In this document: piece by piece, positions 9,844 to 18,406 of the stretch
How positions within the stretch are numbered: position 1 is the first letter of the stretch
Layout of the letters: each line of letters opens with the position of its first letter
Origin: an uncultured delta proteobacterium
GTDB taxonomy: Bacteria; Desulfobacterota; Binatia; Binatales; Binataceae
DNA length: 64,000 bases
Assembly (NCBI GenBank): GCA_963842085.1
Contig: CAWJET010000001.1
Span: forward strand, 2,720,001-2,784,000
Reading direction: 5' to 3'
The notes under the pieces: generated by a model
Told to the model about the DNA's origin: nothing
Seen by the model: only the letters and a program-made list of their open reading frames with translations
The model's database searches: none
Made by a program: the position numbers and the translations under genes

Positions 9844-10304
9844 TACCCTTTGAAAGATTGGTCGTAGCGGCGCTGCATCTCTTTCGGGCTCACCGACTCC
9901 CTGCGCGTAGCCAGAAACCATTGGTGGCCGAAGGGGTCGGCGATCATGCCGGAGCGGTCGCCGTAGAACTGATCCGCAGCGGGGCGCAGCACGGTTGCGC
10001 CCGCCGCTGCGGCCTTCTTGATGACCGCATCGACGTCGGCCACGTAAAGGTGCAGCCGCGTGGGTGAGCCGCCGATGGTCGGCGGCGCCAGCGCGCCAAA
10101 CTCGGGCGATTCGTCGTTGAGATAGATTTCGCCGTCGCCGATCTTGAGTTCCGCGTGGCCGACGTGTCCGGTGGGAGCGGTCAGGCGGAACACCTCGACC
10201 GCGTCGAAGACCCTTTTGTAGAAGGCGATCGCGCTGGCGGCGCCCTTCACCGTGATGTGCGGGGTCAGGCTCATTGGACCTTTGCGCGGCTGATTTGTCT
10301 TCAT
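9843..10304 (-). CDS. VOC/glyoxalase (PhnB-like) protein
   Basis: AIAFYKRVF, HAELKIGD, DQFYGDRSG..DPFGHQW. Confidence 0.92.
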   Translation of the reverse strand: MKTNQPRKGPMSLTPHITVKGAASAIAFYKRVFDAVEVFRLTAPTGHVGHAELKIGDGEIYLNDESPEFGALAPPTIGGSPTRLHLYVADVDAVIKKAAAAGATVLRPAADQFYGDRSGMIADPFGHQWFLATRRESVSPKEMQRRYDQSFKG

Positions 10305-10331
10305 GGCAATTGCCTTTTCCGGTTGAATTGA

Positions 10332-10352
10332 TACGATACGTACCGTAACGTA
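10332..10352. promoter_or_regulatory. Probable TetR operator TACGATACG-TAC-CGTAACGTA
   Basis: 9-bp inverted repeat with 1 mismatch between the divergent VOC and TetR genes. Confidence 0.6.
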
Positions 10353-10367
10353 ATTAATGTGTCAAGC

Positions 10368-10973
10368 ATGTCTGCCGAAACCAAATCCCACCCGCGGCGC
10401 GGACGGCCGCGCGATCCGAAAGCGCGAAAAAAGATTCTCGCGGCCGCGTCCGCGTTGCTAAACGAGGGCGGTATCGGTGCGGTGACGATGGAGGCGATTG
10501 CCGAACGCGCCGGCGTCGGCAAACCGACCATCTATCGCGAATGGCCGAACGCGCCGGCGGTCGCGATGGCCGCCTTTCTGGAATCGACCAGGCCGCTGGC
10601 TCCAGCCGCGCGCAAGGGCAGCGTACTCGACGCGCTGCGCGTTCATCTGCGGAAGGTGGCCGAAACGTTCGCGACGCGGGCGGGCCGCAACACCGCCCTG
10701 ATGATCGCGGCGGCGCAGAACGACAGCGAGCTTGCGAAGGTCTTCCGAAATCATTTCATCATGAAGAGCCGCGAAGACGGCCGGGCGCTGCTCGAACGGG
10801 CGATTGCGAGCCGGCAGTTGCGGAGCGATCTCGATATCGAAGCGGCGTTAGACCTGCTTTACGCGCCGCTCTATTTTCGTTTGCTGATCGGACACGGCCT
10901 GCTCGACGCGAACTTCACCGACGCGATCGTCGACGCCGCCCTCAACGGCCTCAAGCGCCGCCGCCGAACCTAG
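10368..10973 (+). CDS. TetR/AcrR family regulator
   Basis: RGRPR, TMEAIAERAGVGKPTIYREW. Confidence 0.92.
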   Translation: MSAETKSHPRRGRPRDPKARKKILAAASALLNEGGIGAVTMEAIAERAGVGKPTIYREWPNAPAVAMAAFLESTRPLAPAARKGSVLDALRVHLRKVAETFATRAGRNTALMIAAAQNDSELAKVFRNHFIMKSREDGRALLERAIASRQLRSDLDIEAALDLLYAPLYFRLLIGHGLLDANFTDAIVDAALNGLKRRRRT

Positions 10974-10981
10974 CTGCAGAC

Positions 10982-11018
10982 CGACGGGGCTTTACGCGGA
11001 CATTCCCCGACGCGAAGT
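10982..11018 (+). repeat. Degenerate orphan copy of the SDR 3' end (9188-9225)
   Basis: 31 of 38 aligned positions identical, one gap. Confidence 0.75.
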
Positions 11019-11065
11019 GCTTTGCGGCTATTCGTATTCCTTTCTCAGTTTCCTGAGCGCTTTGC

Positions 11066-11824
11066 CTAGCGTGCGGTCGTCGCAATCCGGATGTTGCCCC
11101 ATTTGCCGACCGCGCCCTGGCCGTGGCATGAGATGCTGCCCTTGCCCGGCACGATGTCTTTTTCGCTCATCAGGCCGAGCGCGAGCGTGCACGGTCCGAG
11201 TTTGAACGGGACGTTGGAATACTGGCGCACCTGCGTGCCGTCAACCGAGAAAGTCACGCGGTCGGCGGCGGAGTCGTAGGCGATTTCAAAATGATGGAGC
11301 TGGCCGGGCGCGGTCGCGTCGCGAATCTCCTCGAACAGGCAGAAATGGCGCGGGCCGTGCGCGGGCTCGACGAGCGGCACGCCGGGAAATGGCAGTTTGC
11401 CGTATACCGTCGCGATCGTCTTGTTGCCGACGAAGAAGTCGAGCGCGGCGCCGGTCGAGAAATCGAGCACGTTGAACGACACGAAGCCGTCGTAGAGGTC
11501 GCCGGGCGCGCCGGCGATAATCGTGGCGGCGAGGTCGATCGCAAACGTAATCGTGCCGCCGTCCGGGCATGCGAAGGTGCGCGTGCTGAAGTACATGTGC
11601 TTGGCGTTGTCGAGGAATTGGATGGTGTCGTGGCCGCGCGTGTAGGGGACGGCGGCGACGCGCAGAAACCCGTCCTGCACGATGACGACGGCGTCGGGTT
11701 CGCGATACTGCCAGAAACCGCCGTCGGGCAGCGGGAAGCCGGCAGGCATCCAGTCGCCCTCTCCGGTGACGACCGAGGCGAAGTTCGAGTATTCGGTAAT
11801 CTGCGGTACTGCGGGCTTGCTCAT
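11066..11824 (-). CDS. DUF6081-like protein
   Basis: W.YREPDA, QFLDNAKHMYFST, HGQG..GKW. Confidence 0.7.
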   Translation of the reverse strand: MSKPAVPQITEYSNFASVVTGEGDWMPAGFPLPDGGFWQYREPDAVVIVQDGFLRVAAVPYTRGHDTIQFLDNAKHMYFSTRTFACPDGGTITFAIDLAATIIAGAPGDLYDGFVSFNVLDFSTGAALDFFVGNKTIATVYGKLPFPGVPLVEPAHGPRHFCLFEEIRDATAPGQLHHFEIAYDSAADRVTFSVDGTQVRQYSNVPFKLGPCTLALGLMSEKDIVPGKGSISCHGQGAVGKWGNIRIATTAR

Positions 11825-11875
11825 GTGGGGAGAAGATACTGGATACCGAATGATGAATCACCTTCGCGGTGGGCG

Positions 11876-11894
11876 GCAAGGGGTGACCCCTTGC
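11876..11894. promoter_or_regulatory. Perfect palindrome GCAAGGGGT-G-ACCCCTTGC in a divergent intergenic region
   Basis: 9-bp inverted repeat; function unknown. Confidence 0.35.
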
Positions 11895-12068
11895 AACCCG
11901 GTGACTTTGCGAAGGATGCGGTGCTGGGCGCCTGTTAGCGCTTTTCGTTGTGGTCATTGGGTGCAGGGCTCAGCCCGCCGCCCCACCGCGCAGGTGATTG
12001 CGCGGATTTCCCGGCGGCGAAAGAATGGTTTATTGGGTCTGGGTCAAGGACAGTCGCGGAGGTTCGCA

Positions 12069-12503
12069 ATGGCGCCACAGACTAAAGATTCGGATCGCGC
12101 GCGGCAGGCCGATCAGGAAAAGCATCAGGCAAGGCATCCGCATCACGAAAATTTTCTGGCCCAAGGCGGATTGATCGCGGTCGATGTCGGCGCAGAGATT
12201 GCGCGGCTCAAGCGCGAGCCCGCGTGGGCAGGCAACGATCGGCATGGCAGCTCGCTCGTCAAAGGAGACGGGATCAACGTGGCGCTGATGATGCTGAAGA
12301 AGGGCGCCAGGCTGCAGGAGCATCACACGCGGGCGCCGATCACCGTGCAGGTAATCGAGGGGCGGATCAATTTTGTCACGAAGGGCAGGACGCAGCTGCT
12401 GACGCCGGGAATGATTGCCGCGCTGGATCGCGCAATCGAACATTCGGTCGAGGCGCTCGAGGAAAGCGCGATCGTGCTGACCGTTGGCGGCGAGCAGATG
12501 TAG
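12069..12503 (+). CDS. Cupin domain protein
   Basis: LQEHHT.APITVQVIEG...EHSVEALEES; SD GGAGG. Confidence 0.85.
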   Translation: MAPQTKDSDRARQADQEKHQARHPHHENFLAQGGLIAVDVGAEIARLKREPAWAGNDRHGSSLVKGDGINVALMMLKKGARLQEHHTRAPITVQVIEGRINFVTKGRTQLLTPGMIAALDRAIEHSVEALEESAIVLTVGGEQM

Positions 12504-12508
12504 CCGCA

Positions 12509-13285
12509 ATGGCTTTGTACGACCGGATTGGAGTGGGATACGACACCACGCGGCGGGCCGATCCGTACCTGCTGTCGCGGCTGCTCCATCATCTGCGTCC
12601 GCGCACGAGCGGCCGTTACATCGACATCGGATCGGGAACGGGGAATTACACGATCGCGATGCATCAGGCGGGCGTGCCGATACGCGGGCTCGAGCTTTCG
12701 GCGACGATGCTTGAGCGGGCGAAGGAGAAAGCCCCGGCGATCGCGTGGCACAACGGCCGTGCCGAGGCGCTCCCGTTTGGGTCGAGCAGTTTCGACGGCG
12801 CGACCTGCACCTTCGTGCATCATCACATGGCGGACCCGGTCGCGGCGTTCAAGGAGGTTCATCGCGTGCTGAAGCCGGGCGCGCGGTTCGTGATTCTCAA
12901 CGGCACGGCCGAGCAGATGCGGCATTACTGGCTGAACGAATATTTCCCTCGCATGATGGAAAAGGCGACGGCGCCGTACCGGCGATTCGTCACGATCGAC
13001 CTGCTCGAGTCGGCCGGTTTCCGAATCGAGTGCGAGGAAAAATACGACGTCACTCCCGACCTGAAGGATCTTTTTCTCTGTTGCGGGAAGCATCAGCCTG
13101 AGCGGTATCTCGACCCGCGCATCAGGAGCGGCATCTCGAGTTTCGCCGACGCTCCCGACCAGGACGAAATTGCGCGCGGAGTGCAGCGCATCGCCGATGA
13201 CATCGAGTCAGGGCGCATCAACAACGTGATCCGCAGGTTCGCCTACGACGGCGGCGATTACATGCTCACCGTCGCGGAACGCTAG
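12509..13285 (+). CDS. Class I SAM-dependent methyltransferase
   Basis: IDIGSGTGNY, AEALPF, RVLKPG. Confidence 0.9.
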   Translation: MALYDRIGVGYDTTRRADPYLLSRLLHHLRPRTSGRYIDIGSGTGNYTIAMHQAGVPIRGLELSATMLERAKEKAPAIAWHNGRAEALPFGSSSFDGATCTFVHHHMADPVAAFKEVHRVLKPGARFVILNGTAEQMRHYWLNEYFPRMMEKATAPYRRFVTIDLLESAGFRIECEEKYDVTPDLKDLFLCCGKHQPERYLDPRIRSGISSFADAPDQDEIARGVQRIADDIESGRINNVIRRFAYDGGDYMLTVAER

Positions 13286-13294
13286 CGCGAATCT

Positions 13295-14080
13295 TCACAC
13301 GCGGGCGCGCAGGGCGCCGTCGACTGCGATCGATTCGCCTGTCACGAAGCCTGCCGCGGGCGACACCAGGTAGAGCAGGGCACCGCCGAGTTCCTCGGGC
13401 TTAATGAGGCGATTGTCGGGCAGGTACTTGAGCAGGTTCTTGCTGAACTCATCGTCCTTGTTGGCCGGACTCGATTCGTCGTCGAGCCATCCGGCCTGGA
13501 TCGCGTTGACGCGGATCCCCTTGCGCGCCCATTCGAGCGCGAGCGCACGCGTCAGGTTCAACACCGCAGCCTTGGCCGCGCAGTAGAGCGCGGCGTTGGG
13601 GACGCCGCGCTCGGCGAGGATAGAAGTGACGTTGACGATGACGCCGCCGCCTTGCCGGAGCATCACGCGCGCGCCCTCCTGGCACGACATCCAGACCGTC
13701 TTGAGATTGTTCTCCATGATTCTGTCGAAGGCGGTGTCGTCGCCGGCTTCGGCCGGTCCGAAGGCGGGGGCGTCGAGCGCGTTGACGAGAATGTGCAAGC
13801 CTCCGAGCTGCTTGGCGGCCAGGTCGGCGGTGGCGGACAGATCCGCGCGCAAGGCCGCGCTCTGCACGCGAACGACGGGCTTGATGCCGGCGGCGGTCAC
13901 CAGCCTGGCGACATCCTTGAGTTGCTTGTCGGTGCCGGGCTCCTGCGACGCGAGCAGAATTTTTGCGCCGGCTTCGGCGAGCGTGACGGCCGCGGCGCGG
14001 CCGATGGCATGCTCGGCGCCGACGATCAGCGCGCTTTTGCCTTCGAGCGAGAAGTCATTCGACGGGTTGGAGGAGGCCAT
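13295..14080 (-). CDS. SDR oxidoreductase
   Basis: YCAAK catalytic motif, GIRVNAI, VDG. Confidence 0.88.
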   Translation of the reverse strand: MASSNPSNDFSLEGKSALIVGAEHAIGRAAAVTLAEAGAKILLASQEPGTDKQLKDVARLVTAAGIKPVVRVQSAALRADLSATADLAAKQLGGLHILVNALDAPAFGPAEAGDDTAFDRIMENNLKTVWMSCQEGARVMLRQGGGVIVNVTSILAERGVPNAALYCAAKAAVLNLTRALALEWARKGIRVNAIQAGWLDDESSPANKDDEFSKNLLKYLPDNRLIKPEELGGALLYLVSPAAGFVTGESIAVDGALRARV

Positions 14081-14113
14081 GTTAGCTCCGCTGTTGTCAG
14101 TTTTGACCGGCGC

Positions 14114-14908
14114 CTAGCTGGAACTCTGAGGCGATACTCCGGTCGGCGCGATGCCGCCGGCCAAGCCGCCGCCGTCGATCGCGATCAGTTCGCCGTTGAC
14201 GTGATTGGACGCGTCGGAGGCGAGGAACACGGCGAGCGGACCGAGTTCGCTGTCGTCGCCGACGCGCCCGATCGGAATAAACTTGCCGCCCTTGAAAAAC
14301 TGCATCATCTCTTCGTTGTGCGGGAAGATGCCGGGAACGATGCAGTTGGTCTGGATGTTGAACTGCGCGTAGGTCAGCGCCATCGAGCGCGTCAACTGGA
14401 TGGTGCCGCCCTTGGCGCAGGCGTACATGAAATTGTGCTTGCCGCCGCGAAGGCCGTAGCCCGACGCGACGTTGATAATCTTGCCGCGCTGTTGCTTGAC
14501 CATCTGCGGGATCACCGCGCGGCATCCGTAGAACTGGCTGCTCAAGTTGGTGTCGATGCCGCGGCGCCACTCGTCGTCGGTGATTTCCGGGAGCTGCTTG
14601 CCTCGGCTGCCGTCGCCGCCGCCGGCGTTGTTAACCAGGATGTCGATTTTGCCGAACTCCTTGAGGGTCGCCTGGGCCAGCGCGTTGACTTGCACCGAAA
14701 CGGTGACGTCGGTCGGCACGATCAGGCATTTGCGTCCGGTTTTTTTGACCGCGTCGGCGGTCTCGTCGAGCTGCGACTGGGTGCGTGCGGCGGCGACGAC
14801 ATCGGCGCCCACTTCGGCAAACTTCACTGCCATCGCGCGGCCGAGACCGCGGCCGGCGCCGGTGATGATGGCAACTTTGCCGTCGAGCTTGAGCGAATCG
14901 AGAATCAT
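14114..14908 (-). CDS. SDR oxidoreductase
   Basis: TGAGRGLG, NNAG, YACAK. Confidence 0.9.
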   Translation of the reverse strand: MILDSLKLDGKVAIITGAGRGLGRAMAVKFAEVGADVVAAARTQSQLDETADAVKKTGRKCLIVPTDVTVSVQVNALAQATLKEFGKIDILVNNAGGGDGSRGKQLPEITDDEWRRGIDTNLSSQFYGCRAVIPQMVKQQRGKIINVASGYGLRGGKHNFMYACAKGGTIQLTRSMALTYAQFNIQTNCIVPGIFPHNEEMMQFFKGGKFIPIGRVGDDSELGPLAVFLASDASNHVNGELIAIDGGGLAGGIAPTGVSPQSSS

Positions 14909-15061
14909 GGGCGTCACCTCAATCGAAATCGCGCGCGGTGGCTCTGCCAGCTAATTAACATAGCTGCGGCGTTGCGGAAAATGACCGATAGCCACGGCGT
15001 GCACAGGCCTTTTGACCGCGCTCCAGAGCGAGTCCTATATTCAACGGAAGAGGATGGTTAC

Positions 15062-15679
15062 ATGGCGCTGAAGATCGTGATGTTCTCGGACTACATCTGT
15101 CCGTTCTGCTACGTTGGCTTCGAAACGATACGAAAGCTGAAGCCGGAGTTCGATTTCCAGCTCCAATGGCGCGGCTTTCAGATTCATCCCGACTGGCCGG
15201 TCGAAGGAATCCCGACCGACAAGTTACTCGAGGCGGGTGACGGCGCGTCGCGTCAGGCGCTCTGGAAGCGGATCAGCGCGATGGCCGAGGCGGTTGGATT
15301 TTCGATGAAGCCGCCCGCCGTGCTGACCAACTCGCGCGCCGCGCTGGCGGCTACCGAGTTTGCGCGCGAGTCGGGCGGCGACGAAGCGCTCGAAGAGCGA
15401 ATCTACCGGGCGTACTTCAACGACGGCGAGAATATCGGCGACGCGGAAGTCGTCGTGCGGCTGGCGGGAGAAGCGGGGCTGGACGCGGGCGCGGTTGCGG
15501 ACGCGATAAAATCGCCCAAGTACGAGATGCGGCTGAAGAACAATTCGCTGGCGGCGCATCAGCGCGGCGTCACCGGCGTGCCGACGTTTTTCATCGGCGA
15601 ATTTCCGCTGGTGGGGGCGCAGAGCCTGGATGCGATGCGCGCGATTCTCAAGCGCGCGACCGAGCGGTTCGCGAGCTGA
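15062..15679 (+). CDS. DsbA family (FrnE-like) oxidoreductase
   Basis: SDYICPFC, GVTGVPTF, GAQ. Confidence 0.9.
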   Translation: MALKIVMFSDYICPFCYVGFETIRKLKPEFDFQLQWRGFQIHPDWPVEGIPTDKLLEAGDGASRQALWKRISAMAEAVGFSMKPPAVLTNSRAALAATEFARESGGDEALEERIYRAYFNDGENIGDAEVVVRLAGEAGLDAGAVADAIKSPKYEMRLKNNSLAAHQRGVTGVPTFFIGEFPLVGAQSLDAMRAILKRATERFAS

Positions 15680-15700
15680 CACGGCCGGACTTGTTCGTTC

Positions 15701-15729
15701 AACGTGAAACCCACCGTAGGTTTCACGTT
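15701..15729. terminator. Hairpin AACGTGAAACC-N7-GGTTTCACGTT between convergent genes
   Basis: Perfect 11-bp stem. Confidence 0.55.
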
Positions 15730-15738
15730 TCCTCGGGG

Positions 15739-16437
15739 TCACCCTTGCCGTGCGATATAAAGGCCACGGCCCATCAGGCCCTCGGTGTCGTAACGCACTT
15801 CCATATTCGCCGACTCGAACGCACGCGTCATCTCGTCGCGCGTGAACAGTCCGAGCTCGAGGCGCTCGCTGTAGTGCTCGATGCCGTCGGGCCTACCCCT
15901 TAGATAGTGCAGCGACAAGACGGACAGGTTGCCTTCCTGGCCGCTGTGGCTCATGCGGCAGACTTTGTCGGCGCCGATTTCACCCGCATGAATGAAGGTT
16001 GCGCCGGGCTTCCAGTCATCCGGAGTGAGCCAGGGCTCGACGATGAGCACGCCGCCGGGCTTTACGTGACGCGCCATGCATGCGACGGCGCGATTCATGC
16101 GGTCGACGGTGCGGACGTAGCCGATTGCGCTGAACAGGCACGTCACCGCGTCGTAGGTCGTCGCCAAATCGAAGTCGGTCATGTCGGCGCGTATGTAGCG
16201 GCCGGCGGGATTCTTCACGCGCGCGGCGTGCAGATAATTTTCGTTGAGATCTATGCCGTCGACCGCGTAGCGCTCCTTCAGAAACTTATCGTGTTCTCCC
16301 GTGCCGCACGCGACGTCGAGAATCGTGCGCGCGCCAGGCGTGGCTACCGCGATCACGGCGCGCAAAACCTCGCACTCGCGCGCGTAGTTCTTGAAGTGAT
16401 AGATGGCGTCGTAAAGCTCGGAACTTTCGAGGAACAT
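15739..16437 (-). CDS. Class I SAM-dependent methyltransferase (sugar N-methyltransferase-like)
   Basis: LDVACGTGEH, DAVTCLFSAIGY, VEPW, GRGLY. Confidence 0.85.
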   Translation of the reverse strand: MFLESSELYDAIYHFKNYARECEVLRAVIAVATPGARTILDVACGTGEHDKFLKERYAVDGIDLNENYLHAARVKNPAGRYIRADMTDFDLATTYDAVTCLFSAIGYVRTVDRMNRAVACMARHVKPGGVLIVEPWLTPDDWKPGATFIHAGEIGADKVCRMSHSGQEGNLSVLSLHYLRGRPDGIEHYSERLELGLFTRDEMTRAFESANMEVRYDTEGLMGRGLYIARQG

Positions 16438-16503
16438 CGGCCAAGCTTATCGATTCCGCGCGGCGGATTCACGGGCGCGCGATATGGTAAGAATCATGCA
16501 GGC

Positions 16504-16743
16504 ATGGAAGCGCGCGGCAAAGCTTCGGTTGTTCGCCTCGATCTGCGAGGCGTCAAGTGTCCGCTCAACTGGGCGCGCGCGAAGGTGCGGCTCGAGCAGA
16601 TGGCGCGTGGCGAGGTCCTGGAACTGACGCTCGACGATCCGCGCGGTGCTCGCGACATCCCGGATGCGGCAGAGGCGGAGGGCTACGTGATGCTCGAATC
16701 CAGCGTGCGCGGCGGCATCTTCCACTTACGCATCGAGCGCTAG
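16504..16743 (+). CDS. TusA/SirA family sulfur carrier
   Basis: LDLRGVKCPL...DDP...DIP. Confidence 0.85.
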   Translation: MEARGKASVVRLDLRGVKCPLNWARAKVRLEQMARGEVLELTLDDPRGARDIPDAAEAEGYVMLESSVRGGIFHLRIER

Positions 16744-16793
16744 CGGCAAGCTCGTTTGCACAGCGCGGTCCGTTCGCGTTAGAAATCACGCCG

Positions 16794-17636
16794 ATGCGCG
16801 TAAACATTGGCGATGTGCGGTTGTTCTTCGACGTTGAGGGCGCGAAGCTGCGGCCCGACGGCGCGAAGATGCGCGAGGTGCCGACGCTCGTCCTGCTGCA
16901 CGGCGGCCCCGGCTTCGATCATTCGAGCTTCAAGCCCGACTTCTCGCGCCTGGCGGAGATCGCACAGGTTGTATATCTCGACCATCGCGGCAATGGGCGC
17001 AGCGATCGCGGCGATCCGGCGAAATGGAATCTCCCGCAATGGGGTGACGACGTGCGCGCGTTTTGCGAAGCGCTGGAAATCGAGCGCCCGATTGTGATGG
17101 GCTTATCGTTCGGCGGCATGCTTGCGATGTCGTACGCAACGCGCCATCCCGAGCATCCTGGCAAGCTGGTGCTGAGCAGCACGGCGGCGCTGACGCGGCA
17201 GGATCGATCGCTGGCAATGTTCGAGCGGCTGGGCGGGGCGGAAGTGCGTGAAGTGGCGCGGCGATTCTTCGAGAATCCCGGGCCGGAAGCAATGGCCGAC
17301 TATCAGAAAAAGTGTCTTCCCCTTTACAACCGGACGCCATCGGGGCCCGAGCTCATCCAGCGCTCGGTGATGAATCCCAAGTTGATGGCGGATTTTTTCC
17401 TGCACGAAGCGCACACCTTCAACTTCATCCCGGATCTTGTGCGGATAAAATGCCCGACGTTGATTGCCGCGGGCGAACTCGATCCGATCCTGCCGGTTGC
17501 CGACTCGAAGGACATCGCCGCGGCGATGGCGCCGGGCGTGGCGCGGCTCGAAGTATTCGAGAATGCCGGCCACGGGGCGCATCGCGACCAACCGGAGCGC
17601 TTCTTCAAAGTTCTGAACGAATTTATCCTGGCCTGA
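16794..17636 (+). CDS. Alpha/beta hydrolase (proline iminopeptidase-like)
   Basis: LHGGPG, DHRGNGRS, GLSFGG, GH. Confidence 0.88.
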   Translation: MRVNIGDVRLFFDVEGAKLRPDGAKMREVPTLVLLHGGPGFDHSSFKPDFSRLAEIAQVVYLDHRGNGRSDRGDPAKWNLPQWGDDVRAFCEALEIERPIVMGLSFGGMLAMSYATRHPEHPGKLVLSSTAALTRQDRSLAMFERLGGAEVREVARRFFENPGPEAMADYQKKCLPLYNRTPSGPELIQRSVMNPKLMADFFLHEAHTFNFIPDLVRIKCPTLIAAGELDPILPVADSKDIAAAMAPGVARLEVFENAGHGAHRDQPERFFKVLNEFILA

Positions 17637-17646
17637 AGCGCAAGCG

Positions 17647-18333
17647 ATGGCACGACGCTACTTCAGTCCGCGATTTTTCGAATTTTTCGAGGAGCTGAGC
17701 CGCAACAACAATCGCGATTGGTTCCAGCAGAACAAGCCGCGCTACGAGCACGACGTGCGCGAGCCGATGCTCGCGTTCATCGCGGACTTCGCGCCGCGGC
17801 TCAAAAAGATCAGCGCGCACTACGAGGCGGATCCGCGCCCGACCGGCGGCTCGATGATGCGCATCTATCGCAATCTGCGCTTCTCGCGCGACAAGACGCC
17901 GTATCATACCAACGCGTCCGCCGCGTTCGGTCATCGCGACGGGGCACACTTCAACTCGCCGTCGTTCTATCTGTCGCTGTCGCCGGCCGAGGCTTTCGCC
18001 GGCGTTGGCGTGTGGCATCCGCAGGGCGACACCGTCGCAAAGATTCGCGATGCGATCGTCGCGCGGCCCGCGAAATGGAAGAGCGCGGTCAACGATCGAA
18101 AATTCAGGGCGCGATTCGAAATGATGGGCGACATGCTGTCGCGTCCGCCTAAGGGCTACAGTCCCACTCATCCGTTGATCGAAGATCTTAAGCGCAAGGA
18201 CTTTATCGGTGGCACGGAGTTCACGCGCAAGGAAGTCTGCTCGGCGGAGTTCCTGGATTTGTTTTCCCGCGTGTGCGCCGCGTCCGCGCCCTTCATGAAG
18301 TTTCTCACCGAGGCGATGGGCCTCAAGTGGTGA
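17647..18333 (+). CDS. DUF2461 (TIGR02453) family protein
   Basis: NNNRDWF, RIYRNLRFSRDKTPY, PKGY...LKRK. Confidence 0.9.
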   Translation: MARRYFSPRFFEFFEELSRNNNRDWFQQNKPRYEHDVREPMLAFIADFAPRLKKISAHYEADPRPTGGSMMRIYRNLRFSRDKTPYHTNASAAFGHRDGAHFNSPSFYLSLSPAEAFAGVGVWHPQGDTVAKIRDAIVARPAKWKSAVNDRKFRARFEMMGDMLSRPPKGYSPTHPLIEDLKRKDFIGGTEFTRKEVCSAEFLDLFSRVCAASAPFMKFLTEAMGLKW

Positions 18334-18406
18334 GCGCGGAAACGGTCTCTTAGCTCCTCTTCCTGCGGTTAGGCCAAAGGGGGCCGTCGAGATAAAATCA
18401 AGCGCG

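Noticed and set aside
16441-16482. Possible orphan copy of the DsbA 3' region after the methyltransferase (GATTCACGGGCGCGCGA vs GATTCTCAAGCGCGCGA)
   Set aside because: Short, needs gaps to extend and is dominated by GC runs; could be chance.
18350-18380. Possible orphan copy of the dacA tail on the far side of the cyclase gene
   Set aside because: Alignment needs several gaps; not convincing.
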